Positions 20,143 through 30,308 are shown, numbered from the stretch's first letter. The stretch: DNA of 64,000 nt from Minisyncoccota bacterium (GCA_041661265.1 JBAZUT010000003.1:143191-207190); one strand, 5' to 3'. Numbers and translations: made by a program. Notes: generated by a model from the sequence alone, not told the origin.

Positions 20143-20259
20143 AAACACAAGGCTTATTTTTTTGACTAAATGAGACTAAAATAGTATATTTATTAATAGA
20201 ATATAAGAAAAAAAACGGCATCATTTATGCCGTTAATGTCAAGTTGTTAAATCACAAAA

Positions 20260-22347
20260 ATGATAAATGAAATTAGAGAAGCGCGCATAAATAAGCTAAA
20301 AAACTTGATCGATTTAAAGATCGATCCTTATCCGGCAAGGTCCAAGAGAACGCATGTCATTGCGAACGTTCTCAGAGATTTTGATAATATTCTGAACTCG
20401 AATGAAACGATATATCTTTGCGGAAGAACGAGAACCGTACGAGAGCATGGCGGACTTACATTCATGGACCTCGAGGACGAGAGCGGAAAGATACAGCTTT
20501 TTTTCAAAAAAGACGAGATTGGGGAGGAAAAATACGGATCCATAAACAATCTTGACATCGGAGATTTCATTGAAGCTCATGGCAATGTGTTTACGACAAA
20601 AAAGGGAGAGAAGACGCTCAATGTCCTGGGCTACAAGATCCTCACGAAATCGTTGATGCCGCTTCCGGAAAAATGGCATGGCCTTTCGGACGAGGAAACA
20701 AGATACAGAAAACGATATCTCGACCTGGTCATGAACAAAGATGTAAAACGGCTTTTCGGAACAAGAACGAAATTCGTGAATAATGTCAGGGAATTCTTGA
20801 ACAACAACGGCTATACTGAAGTTGAAACTCCAGTTCTTGAAAGCATTCCGGGCGGAGCGGATGCAGAGCCATTCATTACGCATCATAATAAGCTTGATAT
20901 AAAATTATACCTCAGGATCTCGCTTGAATTGCATCTGAAAAGGCTTATTGTCGGAGGATTTGAAAAGATCTATGAACTTGGAAGGGTTTTCAGGAACGAA
21001 GGGATGAGCACCCAGCATCTGCAGGAATTCACCATGCTTGAATTTTATTGGGCCTATGCGGACTATGAGGATCTGATGAAATTCGTCGAAGAATTCTATG
21101 TCACAGTCATAAAGAAAACATTCGGAACTCTTGAGATCAAATATCAGGGAAAGATCCTGAATTTCAACGCACCGTGGCCAAGATTCGATTACAGACAGAT
21201 CATAATCAAAGAATCAGGCATCGATATCGACAAATATCCGACCAAGGAAGACATGCGGAAGATTTCCCTCGAGAAGGGGATAAAAGTAGATCCGAAAGCG
21301 GGCAGGGGCCGGCTTATTGATCAATTATACAAAAGGCTCGTCAGACCGAAACTTTTCCAGCCATGTTTTCTCATAAACCATCCGCTTGATATTTCACCTC
21401 TGGCGAAGAAAAAAGATGAGGATAAGGACAAGGTCCAGAGATTCCAGGTACTGATCGCCGGCGCTGAGGTCGGCAATGGTTTTTCCGAGCTTAATGATCC
21501 GATAGACCAGAAGGAACGCTTCGAGGCGCAGGCAAGACTCCGCGAAGAGGGCGATGCCGAAGCTCAGATGATGGACGAAGATTTCGTCGAGGCCCTTGAA
21601 TATGGGATGCCGCCAACCGCAGGATTCGGCGTGGGTATCGACAGATTCCTTGCAATACTCATGGACCAGAAAAGCATAAGAGATGTTGTTTTCTTTCCAA
21701 TGATGAGACCGGAACAGAAAGTCGAAAGTGGGAAGTCGAAAGTGGAAAGTAATGTCTCGAACATAAATTTGGGCATTGATTCAACAAAAGCAAAAGACAT
21801 AGTTGATAAATACATAACGGATAAAAATACTAAGCTGCATTCGATCGAAAGCAAGGTGATTATGGAAGGAGTGGCGGAACATCTAAAGCAAGACAAAGAG
21901 AAGTGGGGGATAATCGGGCTTTTGCACGATATAGACTGGGATCAGACGAAAAACAATACGGCTGAACATTGCATAAAATCTTCGGAGATCCTAAGGGCTG
22001 AAGGCGCAAGTGATTTTCTTATCAGTACCATTGAGTCTCATGGATATGGTTGCGTAAAGAATCCAAAATTTAACGGAAAATCCAGATCCACTGACCTTGA
22101 ACATCTTTTGGCTGCGTCGGAAACGCTAACCGGACTGATAGTGGCATCAGCCATCATGCAGCCCGACAAAAAACTTGCAAGCGTAAAGTTAAGCTCTCTC
22201 AAAAAGAAATTTAAAAGCAAGAGTTTCGCCGCGAATTGCAACAGGGAGATCATAAAGGAATGCGAACTCGCCGGAATAAAACTGGATGAATTCCTGGAGA
22301 TTGGATTGGAGGCGCTTCAGGGGATAGGCGGGGAATTGGGAATGTAG
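20260..22347 (+). CDS. lysS: Lysine--tRNA ligase (class II) with a C-terminal fused HD-domain
   Basis: LPEKWHGL, YLRISLEL, FRNEG, ELNDP and YGMPPTAGFGVGIDR motifs; then about 190 aa with H...LLHDIDW and LTGLIVA...KKKFKSKSFAA (COG2316-like). Confidence 0.95.
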   Translation: MINEIREARINKLKNLIDLKIDPYPARSKRTHVIANVLRDFDNILNSNETIYLCGRTRTVREHGGLTFMDLEDESGKIQLFFKKDEIGEEKYGSINNLDIGDFIEAHGNVFTTKKGEKTLNVLGYKILTKSLMPLPEKWHGLSDEETRYRKRYLDLVMNKDVKRLFGTRTKFVNNVREFLNNNGYTEVETPVLESIPGGADAEPFITHHNKLDIKLYLRISLELHLKRLIVGGFEKIYELGRVFRNEGMSTQHLQEFTMLEFYWAYADYEDLMKFVEEFYVTVIKKTFGTLEIKYQGKILNFNAPWPRFDYRQIIIKESGIDIDKYPTKEDMRKISLEKGIKVDPKAGRGRLIDQLYKRLVRPKLFQPCFLINHPLDISPLAKKKDEDKDKVQRFQVLIAGAEVGNGFSELNDPIDQKERFEAQARLREEGDAEAQMMDEDFVEALEYGMPPTAGFGVGIDRFLAILMDQKSIRDVVFFPMMRPEQKVESGKSKVESNVSNINLGIDSTKAKDIVDKYITDKNTKLHSIESKVIMEGVAEHLKQDKEKWGIIGLLHDIDWDQTKNNTAEHCIKSSEILRAEGASDFLISTIESHGYGCVKNPKFNGKSRSTDLEHLLAASETLTGLIVASAIMQPDKKLASVKLSSLKKKFKSKSFAANCNREIIKECELAGIKLDEFLEIGLEALQGIGGELGM

Positions 22348-22371
22348 GGTCTAAATTATAAATATAAAATT

Positions 22372-23679
22372 ATGCTCGACATAAAATTCATCAGAGAAAA
22401 TAAAGATAAAATAGAAAAGGCCGCAACCAGCAAGCATATCAAAATTGATATTGATGCGCTCCTTGCAGTTGATGATGAAAAAAGAAAACTTCAGAAAAAT
22501 ATTGACGATCTTAATACTCAGAGGAACAAGCTTGCGAAGGATGCAAAAACGGGCAAACCTTCTCAGGAACAGATCGAAAAAGGAAGGAAACTTAAAGAAG
22601 AAGCCTTCAAGAATGAAACTGAACTGAAAGAAGTGGACAAGAAATTCCTTGAATTGATGGTAAAGGTTCCAACGATCCCGTCAGAGGACACTCCAACCGG
22701 AAAAGATGACAGTGAAAATGTGGTGGTCCACAAATGGAAAGGGCCTACGAATTTTGACTTCAAGCCGAAAAGCTATCTTGAGCTTGCGTCCGACCTGGAC
22801 CTGCTGGACCTCGAACGTGGAACAAAGGTCGCGGGATATAGAGGATATTACGTAAAGAACGAAGCGGTCCTTCTGCAGATGGGAATGATGATGTTTGCGC
22901 TTACGAAACTTATCGGGAAAGGATTTACTCCGATGATACCTCCGACGCTCATAAAAGAGTTCGCGCTTTTTGGAAGCGGCTATTTCGGAGGAAAGGAATA
23001 TAATCCCGACAGGGACGAGATCTATAAAATTGCAAACGATGAAAAACTTTCGGACGGCACCGTAAAAAAAGAGAATAAATTCCTGGTAGGAACGGCGGAG
23101 CCATCGCTTCTTGCATATTATGCGGACGAGATCCTGGAGGAAAAAGATCTTCCCATCAAGATCTGTGGATTCTCGCAGTGCTATAGGAGCGAGATCGGAA
23201 GCTATGGAAAAGATACGAAAGGCATATATCGCGTACATGAATTTATGAAAGTGGAGCAGATCTGCATCACGAAAGCGGATGCAAAAGAATCCGACAAGTT
23301 GCAGGAAGAGATGATCGGCATCTCAAAAGAACTTCATGAAGATCTCGGTCTTCCATATCGGCAGCTTCAGATCTGCACCGGAGATATGAGCGCAGGGAAA
23401 TACAGACAATACGACCTCGAAGCATGGATGCCTTCGAGAAATGGATACGGGGAAACAGGATCATGCTCAAGTTTTCTGGACTGGCAATCACGCCGGCTCA
23501 ATGTGAAATATAAAAATAAAGACGGTAAGAAAAAATACGTTTATATGCTGAATAACACTGCGCTTCCAAGCGTCAGGCCGATGATCGCGATCATGGAAAA
23601 CTACCAGCAAAAGGACGGCAGCATAGTCGTTCCGGAAGTTCTCAGGAAATTTGTCGGAAAGGACATAATAAAAAAATAA
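22372..23679 (+). CDS. serS: Serine--tRNA ligase
   Basis: MLDIKFIR, GTAE, CYRSEIGSYG, RVHEFMKVEQ and ENYQ motifs. Confidence 0.96.
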   Translation: MLDIKFIRENKDKIEKAATSKHIKIDIDALLAVDDEKRKLQKNIDDLNTQRNKLAKDAKTGKPSQEQIEKGRKLKEEAFKNETELKEVDKKFLELMVKVPTIPSEDTPTGKDDSENVVVHKWKGPTNFDFKPKSYLELASDLDLLDLERGTKVAGYRGYYVKNEAVLLQMGMMMFALTKLIGKGFTPMIPPTLIKEFALFGSGYFGGKEYNPDRDEIYKIANDEKLSDGTVKKENKFLVGTAEPSLLAYYADEILEEKDLPIKICGFSQCYRSEIGSYGKDTKGIYRVHEFMKVEQICITKADAKESDKLQEEMIGISKELHEDLGLPYRQLQICTGDMSAGKYRQYDLEAWMPSRNGYGETGSCSSFLDWQSRRLNVKYKNKDGKKKYVYMLNNTALPSVRPMIAIMENYQQKDGSIVVPEVLRKFVGKDIIKK

Positions 23680-23697
23680 AGCATGACAATTTATGCT

Positions 23698-24039
23698 TTA
23701 TGATATTTCAGCTGCTTCCCTGGAAACAACTTTGTTGTTATATATTTTGAAATATTGCTCATATTTGTAGTGAATGTATAACGCTGTACCCAAATTAACA
23801 TACAAAATATACTCGACAACCCTGCTTCCCAGCCACACATTTTCATAGAAAAAATAATGGTAATTAAGAAGATATACCGCCATTACTGCGTAAGTGGAAA
23901 GATGGAAAAGATACAACGCGTGAGCTTTCCATTTTTGAGAATTTACGGTCCTAAGAAACCACCAGGCGAAAGATGCGCCGAATGTAGATAGTACGAATAT
24001 TCCTGCCCATAGAAGCAATATTATCAACGACCAATCCAT
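23698..24039 (-). CDS. Orphan three-TM membrane protein
   Basis: AGGAGGT SD at 24047-24053; TTGACA(24097)-18-TATAAT; hairpin TAAAGCAT...ATGCTTTA at the 3' end. Confidence 0.7.
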   Translation of the reverse strand: MDWSLIILLLWAGIFVLSTFGASFAWWFLRTVNSQKWKAHALYLFHLSTYAVMAVYLLNYHYFFYENVWLGSRVVEYILYVNLGTALYIHYKYEQYFKIYNNKVVSREAAEIS

Positions 24040-24080
24040 TTTTGTAACCTCCTTTTCTAATATCTAGATTATATTAACAA

Positions 24081-25028
24081 ATGACTGCAAATGTCAACAA
24101 AATCTCGGAAAGAGACGTGCGAATAAACGATTTGAATGTTCACTACAGAACAGCCGGCAACGGAGAACTTGCTGTAATTTTTCTTCATGGATGGGGGATC
24201 GATTCCGAAAGATATACTGAAACCGCAGAATACATGCTTCGCGAAGCCGAAAGCTGCGGCCTCAAGGCTAAAATCATCATTCCCGACCTTCCCGGATTCG
24301 GTAAAAGCGATGAGCCGAGATCGGACTGGAATTTGGATGATTATGTCGAATTCACGGATAAATTCATTGAAACCGCAACCCGAGGAAGAGGTTTTGAACT
24401 TATTAAGAATATAATGAAAAATATTAACTTAAAGAGCCTTGCTTCTGGAGGTCTGACCTCCAGTAAGGAGGTCAGACCTCCAGTGAAAATAATTCTGCTC
24501 GGACACTCGTTCGGCGGAAGAATTGCGATCAAATATGCGGTGAAATATCCGGAGAAGATCGAAAAACTGATATTGACAGGGGCGGCAGGGATCAAACATC
24601 CCCTGAAAGTTAAGCAGAAGGTATTGTCTGTCATGGCGAAAATTGGGAAAAAGATCTTTTCCGTGGCGACACAAACTAAGCTTCCAGTTGGAAGATTAGC
24701 TTCAGCAAGTAAGGATTTATTATACAGGATCGCAAGAGAGAAAGACTATAACTCTGCCAGCCCAAGAATGAAGGAGATCATGAAAAACGTCATCGAGGAA
24801 GATATCGGGCCAATACTGAATCACATAAAAACACCGACTCTTCTTTTGTGGGGAAGAGATGACCACTCAACGCCGCTTTCGGATGGCAACACGATGCACG
24901 AAAGCATTCGGGGTTCTATAATGACGGTTATTGATAATGCGAATCACAGCCTGCCATATCAAAAACCGGAAGATTTTGCAAAAATAGCCATCAGCGCCAT
25001 AAAAAACGAAGCGCAACGCGCTTCTTAA
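24081..25028 (+). CDS. Alpha/beta hydrolase carrying palindromic in-frame insertions
   Basis: FLHGWG, PDLPGFG, GHSFGG nucleophile, WGRDD and ANH motifs. Confidence 0.9.
   Translation: MTANVNKISERDVRINDLNVHYRTAGNGELAVIFLHGWGIDSERYTETAEYMLREAESCGLKAKIIIPDLPGFGKSDEPRSDWNLDDYVEFTDKFIETATRGRGFELIKNIMKNINLKSLASGGLTSSKEVRPPVKIILLGHSFGGRIAIKYAVKYPEKIEKLILTGAAGIKHPLKVKQKVLSVMAKIGKKIFSVATQTKLPVGRLASASKDLLYRIAREKDYNSASPRMKEIMKNVIEEDIGPILNHIKTPTLLLWGRDDHSTPLSDGNTMHESIRGSIMTVIDNANHSLPYQKPEDFAKIAISAIKNEAQRAS
24445..24483. repeat. REP-like perfect inverted repeat inside the hydrolase CDS
   Basis: CTGGAGGTCTGACCTCC-agtaa-GGAGGTCAGACCTCCAG: 17-bp arms, each arm itself palindromic, 39 bp in total. Confidence 0.85.
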
Positions 25029-25135
25029 AAGACTTCGGATAGTATCAAACATGTCATAATCAATCCGACGCCTATGGATATCCCGCCGAATCCCGTTCCG
25101 AAATAAATTATTGTTTTTTCAATTATTTCATTCGT
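25025..25135 (-). CDS. Putative 36-aa single-TM peptide with an ACG start (possibly decayed)
   Basis: (M)NEIIEKTIIYFGTGFGGISIGVGLIMTCLILSEVF*; GAGG upstream; TTGACA(25183)-17-TAAATT; terminator hairpin GAAGCGC...GCGCTTC at about 25008-25024. Confidence 0.35.
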   Translation of the reverse strand, partial: TNEIIEKTIIYFGTGFGGISIGVGLIMTCLILSEVF

Positions 25136-25176
25136 GTTTCTCGCCTCTAAATAAAATTTAATCGGATTTACCTCTA

Positions 25177-26733
25177 ATGTCAAATTTAGTATTCATATTG
25201 ATAATATTATTTGCTTTCAAGATATTCCGCGACATCTTATTTTATCTATGGCTCTGGCAGATAAAAGAATATCGGACGGACAGGATGCTCGCACACCTGA
25301 AAAACGATCACGAAATGAATAAGAACGGAATTATGTATTTGATCGCGTTTATCCTGATGTTATTGCCACAGATTTTCCAAGAAGACTTCCGCGCTCTGCT
25401 GCCGGTCATCATATTATTCTTTGTATTTACAGACTTTTATATCATTAAAGAGATCCGGGACCACGCCTTCAAGCGCCCGGTGCCGACCCTTAAAATCGCG
25501 ACGATCGCGATCGGAACCGTTCTTCTCATAATCATGCTGACATATCCATTCATAGGGAGTGGCATGATCAATGAAGCCGAGATACCTCTTGTCATCTATA
25601 TTCTTTTGCCGTCCATAATTTCTCTGGCCGTATTGCTGATAAATCCATTTTTCGATCTTCAGAAAAAACGTATATTGATACATGCGGCTGCAAAAATGCG
25701 TTCATTGAAAAAAGTGCGGACCATTGGAATAACCGGAAGCTATGGCAAGACCAGTACGAAAGAATTTTTATATTCGATATTAAGCGATAAATACAAGACC
25801 GTTAAAACCGAAGGAAATAATAACACAAACATCGGAGTCGCCTATACGGTTCTGAACAAGGTCGATGACGATTTGGATTTTTTTGTCTGTGAGATGGGCG
25901 CCTATAAGATCGGCGAGATAAAAGAAATCTGCGGGATAGCACGGCCCGAGATCGGCATACTGACCGGAATAAACGAACAGCACGTGGAACTGTTCGGTTC
26001 GTTGGAAAATACGATAAAAGCGAAATTTGAACTCATCGAGTCGCTTCCGGAAAACGGGCTGGCCGTGATTAATGAAAAATTAAAATATCAAAATGATAAA
26101 TTACATTTTAAGGTTAAAAAATCAACATACTTTAGCTTGGCTACAGTAAATAGCATCAGAGTCCATCGCGATTATTCGGAATTTGAATACAAGGGAAAAA
26201 TATTCAGATTGAATCTGCCAGGAAAGCATTATATAGAAAATCTTATGTCTGCTATAATTGTTTCGGAATACCTTGGAATGAATGTTGATGAAATCAGTGA
26301 TTCTATTTCAAGAATAAAGCCAACCGAATATCTGATGAAAAAACTGGAAGGAACTAACGGATCGATTTTCATTGATGACAGCTATAGCGCTAATCCAGAC
26401 GGCGTTTTGGCAGCTCTTGACTATTTATGTGAAGCTTTTCCGGATCACAAAAAAGTCATCGTGTTTCCAGGATTTATCGAATTAGGAGATGAGTCTGACG
26501 ATGCCTACTGTAAATTATTCAAACGAATTTGCGAGGTCTGCCAAACAGCCTATCTCTTAAATAGCCGGATGCGGAATGCGGAATGCGGACATTCTAAAAC
26601 GAAATTCATCTTTGAAAAAGATTTTACGAAGACTGCAGACATGCTAAGAAACATCCTGGATAAAAACACAGTAGTACTATTCGAAAGCAGAGGCGCAGGA
26701 GCAGTGATGCGAAAATTTAAAAACTTAAAATAA
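25177..26733 (+). CDS. murF: MurF-like Mur ligase with N-terminal TM segments
   Basis: GITGSYGKTSTKE, CEMGAY, EQH and IDDSYSANPDG motifs. Confidence 0.85.
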   Translation: MSNLVFILIILFAFKIFRDILFYLWLWQIKEYRTDRMLAHLKNDHEMNKNGIMYLIAFILMLLPQIFQEDFRALLPVIILFFVFTDFYIIKEIRDHAFKRPVPTLKIATIAIGTVLLIIMLTYPFIGSGMINEAEIPLVIYILLPSIISLAVLLINPFFDLQKKRILIHAAAKMRSLKKVRTIGITGSYGKTSTKEFLYSILSDKYKTVKTEGNNNTNIGVAYTVLNKVDDDLDFFVCEMGAYKIGEIKEICGIARPEIGILTGINEQHVELFGSLENTIKAKFELIESLPENGLAVINEKLKYQNDKLHFKVKKSTYFSLATVNSIRVHRDYSEFEYKGKIFRLNLPGKHYIENLMSAIIVSEYLGMNVDEISDSISRIKPTEYLMKKLEGTNGSIFIDDSYSANPDGVLAALDYLCEAFPDHKKVIVFPGFIELGDESDDAYCKLFKRICEVCQTAYLLNSRMRNAECGHSKTKFIFEKDFTKTADMLRNILDKNTVVLFESRGAGAVMRKFKNLK

Positions 26734-26812
26734 AAAAAGGGATTGTTACAGTTATAATTTTCAATTCTCAATTTACAATTTTAGTTAAATCGTAAACAAT
26801 AACTGGCTAGCC

Positions 26813-28069
26813 ATGTTCAAACGTTTCCAACCTATAGCTGCGGCCCTTGCGCCGAATTATACATTCCGGGATGTTTTGATCGCCATGAAATACGTCTATT
26901 TGCCATGGAAATGGGGATCGTTGAAAAGAGGCAACAACCAAGACAAGCTCGAGCTCGCTTTCAAGGAATTTATGGACGCCAGATATGCGATCAGTTTTGA
27001 CAGCGCAAGATCCGGTTTTTTTGCGATCCTGAAATGTCTCGGAATAGGAGAAAATGACGAGGTGCTTCTGCAGGCATTCACGACAGTTGCGTTGCCGAAT
27101 GCTATAATGTGGTGCAAGGCAACACCGATCTTCGTCGATATTGATGAAAAAACATTCAACATGGATCCGGGTCTTATTGAAAAACATATCACAAGCAAGA
27201 CAAAAGCAATCGTTGTCCAGCACACCTTTGGAAATCCCTCAGATATGGACAGGATCCTGAGCATCGCGAGAAAACACAATCTGCTGATCATTGAAGATTG
27301 CGCTCATTCACTGGGCGCGGAATACAGAGGGAAAAAAACCGGCACATTCGGAAATGCAGCCTTCTTCAGTTTCGGAAGAGATAAAGTGATCTCGGCCGTA
27401 TCCGGCGGAATTGTCATCACCGCAGATTGGAATTTGGGCAGATCGATAACGGATTTCAGAAATAAGCTCCCATACCCATCCGATAAGCATATTTTCAGGC
27501 AATTGCTTCATCCTATGATCACAACGAAATCACTGAAATTATATAATTTCTTCGGAATCGGAAAGTTTATGATGTATGCCATGGCAAAATCCGGCATTCT
27601 GACCAAGGCCTATGATATCAATGAGAAGAAAAACATCATGCCACACGGGTTTCCGGCGAAAATGCCCAATGCTCTTTGCGAGATCGCTCTTCATCAGCTC
27701 AAGCTCGCCGATGAGTTCAACGATCACCGCGCCAAGATCGCCAGCCTATATACTCATAGGCTAAAAGACGAGGGAGAACTTTCACTTCCCGAAACGACGC
27801 ACGGTGCAAAAAATATTTTTCTCTGGTATACGATCCTGACTGAAAACAAAAAACAAACTATTGCCAATGCAAAGCTGTCAAACATATTTCTGGGCGACTG
27901 GTTTCCGGCACCTGTCGGACCCATCGAAGTGGATCTCGAGAGATCCGGATACCGACCCGGAAGCTGTCCCATAGCCGAAAAAGTTAGCTCAAAATGCGTC
28001 AATCTTCCGACGAATAAGAACACGAGCAAAGACGACGCGATCAAGGTCATCAATTCATTAATTCAATAG
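26813..28069 (+). CDS. DegT/DnrJ/EryC1/StrS PLP-dependent aminotransferase
   Basis: QHTFG, IEDCAHSLG, FFSFGRDK and VNLPT motifs. Confidence 0.88.
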   Translation: MFKRFQPIAAALAPNYTFRDVLIAMKYVYLPWKWGSLKRGNNQDKLELAFKEFMDARYAISFDSARSGFFAILKCLGIGENDEVLLQAFTTVALPNAIMWCKATPIFVDIDEKTFNMDPGLIEKHITSKTKAIVVQHTFGNPSDMDRILSIARKHNLLIIEDCAHSLGAEYRGKKTGTFGNAAFFSFGRDKVISAVSGGIVITADWNLGRSITDFRNKLPYPSDKHIFRQLLHPMITTKSLKLYNFFGIGKFMMYAMAKSGILTKAYDINEKKNIMPHGFPAKMPNALCEIALHQLKLADEFNDHRAKIASLYTHRLKDEGELSLPETTHGAKNIFLWYTILTENKKQTIANAKLSNIFLGDWFPAPVGPIEVDLERSGYRPGSCPIAEKVSSKCVNLPTNKNTSKDDAIKVINSLIQ

Positions 28070-28075
28070 CCAATC

Positions 28076-29104
28076 ATGGAAATAAGAGAAATATCAAACA
28101 AGGAAGAATGGGAAAAATTCATCCTAAACGAAAGTCCCGATACATTCCTGCAAAGCTGGAACTGGGGAGAAATAAACAGGAACACAGGCGATAGGATATG
28201 GAGATTTGGGATCTATGAAGACAATATTCTGCGATCGGCTTTTCTGGTCATCAGAATAAATGCAAAAAGAGGATCCTTCTTGTTCATCCCGCACGGACCG
28301 ATCGAAAATAATTTAAAAATGAAAATTAAAAATGAAAAATTGTGGAACACTTTTTTTGAATATTTGAAACAATTAGGAAAGCGAGAAAGGGTTGATTTTA
28401 TACGAATAAGTCCGATCCTTGAAAATAATGAACAGAATCTCGAGATATTCAAATCCGCCGGGTTCAAAGATGCGCCAATCCACATGATGCATCCGGAGAT
28501 GACCTGGCTTTTGGATATATCTAAAAACGAGGATGAGATCATGAAGGGCATGCGCAAGACGCATCGCAACCTCATAAGAAGAGCTGAAAAAGAAGGCGTA
28601 AAAATAATTCAAGGAACCGATGAAAAATATCTGAAAGCATTCTATGATATACACATGGAAACCGTAAGACGCCATAAATTCGTTCCATTCTCCTTCGACT
28701 ATATACAAAAAGAAGTGGATCTTTTCAAAAAAGACGGACAGGTGTCCATATTTTCGGCGGTTTATAATGAGGAAATTATCTCATCGGCTATAATCGTTTT
28801 TTATGGAAATGAAGCATTCTATCACCATGGCGCTTCTTCCTCGAAATATTATAAGGTTCCTGCGTCATACCTCGTACTCTGGAATGCGATCAAAGAGGCA
28901 AAGGGCAGGGGGTGTACGATATTTAATTTTTATGGCATCGTCGAGAACAAACCCAAGCATCCATGGACAGGGCTTTCGAATTTCAAACAAGGTTTCGGGG
29001 GATATAAAAAAGAATTGGTCCATTGCCAGGACTTTGTTCTGAGAAAAAAATATATCATCAACTATTTCGTTGAACACATGAGAAAGTTGAAACGCGGATA
29101 TTGA
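28076..29104 (+). CDS. FemAB/FemX-family peptidoglycan bridge aminoacyltransferase
   Basis: FLQSWNWG, PHGP, MRKTHRNLIRRA, YHHGAS, FNFYG and GLSNFKQGFGG motifs. Confidence 0.9.
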   Translation: MEIREISNKEEWEKFILNESPDTFLQSWNWGEINRNTGDRIWRFGIYEDNILRSAFLVIRINAKRGSFLFIPHGPIENNLKMKIKNEKLWNTFFEYLKQLGKRERVDFIRISPILENNEQNLEIFKSAGFKDAPIHMMHPEMTWLLDISKNEDEIMKGMRKTHRNLIRRAEKEGVKIIQGTDEKYLKAFYDIHMETVRRHKFVPFSFDYIQKEVDLFKKDGQVSIFSAVYNEEIISSAIIVFYGNEAFYHHGASSSKYYKVPASYLVLWNAIKEAKGRGCTIFNFYGIVENKPKHPWTGLSNFKQGFGGYKKELVHCQDFVLRKKYIINYFVEHMRKLKRGY

Positions 29105-29108
29105 TTAT

Positions 29109-30113
29109 TTGAGCTTTAATTTGCCTACTACAATGTTCATATTCAGAAAAAAAAGACGGCCTTCCGGACGGTTCAAAACACCGATCTATCTTAAGAACCG
29201 CAATTTTCACTATTTCAGCAAAAAAAGAAGCACCATCAATTACAAGATGGTATCTGTGTTATTTCTACTTCTCCTTTTTTCCTATTTCTTTTTCTTTTCG
29301 GGATTCTTCAAGATCAAGAACATTGTTATTGAAAATAACGTCAATCTGAAAAAAGGCGATCTGATAAGATCAACCGAGGAAAGCATTTCAATAAAATTGA
29401 TCGGTGTCATCCCCTCGGATAATTTTTTTATTGCAGATGAAAACTCCATAAGATCTTTCCTTGTCGACAGATATCCCATGCTTGAAAAAGTGGAAATAAA
29501 AAAAAGTTCATACAACTCGCTGACCATTGATGTCAAGGAAAAGGGATCGAGGATCATTTGGTGCAGACCGGAAAACTGTTTTTATCTGGACGGGAATTCT
29601 GTCGCGCTTGCGAACGCTAAAGAAGAATTGAAACTGAAAGACAAACCGATCAAGATATTCGAACAAAAAGAGATCGAAGAGGAGATAGGAGATGAACAAC
29701 CGGATAAAGCCGCAAATGCCCCCGAAAAAGCAACCATATCGACTACAGACCCTTCCGCGGAAAACAAACCCGATGAGGCAAAAAGAGAACCTGAAACTGC
29801 AGTTGAAACTCCCATAAACATCGGTGATCGCGTTGCAGATGCCAAGTTCGTCCAATTCCTGGATGATCTCGACAGGTTGATCGCAAAAAAAACCAGCCTG
29901 CAGATCAAATATTACAAAACAAAAGGAGTGGAAACGAGAGAAATTATAGCATACACCGACAAAAATACCCGCTTATATTTCGACTCTTCGGCGAGCCCGG
30001 ACCTGCAAACTGATTATCTGACGTCTTTTTTGAACGAAAGCGTCGATAAAGACAAGATTAGCGCGCTAAAATACATCTATCTCAAATCGGATAATAAAAT
30101 ATTCTACAAATAG
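29109..30113 (+). CDS. Cell division protein FtsQ/DivIB-like (POTRA domain)
   Basis: Basic N-terminus, TM helix, FFKIKNIVIENN...LTIDVKEK, and C-terminal YIYLKSDNKIFYK. Confidence 0.75.
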   Translation: MSFNLPTTMFIFRKKRRPSGRFKTPIYLKNRNFHYFSKKRSTINYKMVSVLFLLLLFSYFFFFSGFFKIKNIVIENNVNLKKGDLIRSTEESISIKLIGVIPSDNFFIADENSIRSFLVDRYPMLEKVEIKKSSYNSLTIDVKEKGSRIIWCRPENCFYLDGNSVALANAKEELKLKDKPIKIFEQKEIEEEIGDEQPDKAANAPEKATISTTDPSAENKPDEAKREPETAVETPINIGDRVADAKFVQFLDDLDRLIAKKTSLQIKYYKTKGVETREIIAYTDKNTRLYFDSSASPDLQTDYLTSFLNESVDKDKISALKYIYLKSDNKIFYK

Positions 30114-30308
30114 CGCGCCAAAGGCTTGTTCCGCGGACATCCAAAGTTAAACTTTCCGATGCCGCACTCCGTTTTGCCGAGACTTGACAGAACTACTTGT
30201 TCATTGATCCGAAAAGATGCAACGCAGGCATTTCAGAAATATGATAAAATTGTTATTTATTGAAATAAATGTTATAATTAAGCATATATTTTATATATAA
30301 GATCTTCT

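Noticed and set aside
30114-30240. Moderately GC-rich gap after ftsQ
   Set aside because: I found no convincing stem, start codon or repeat.
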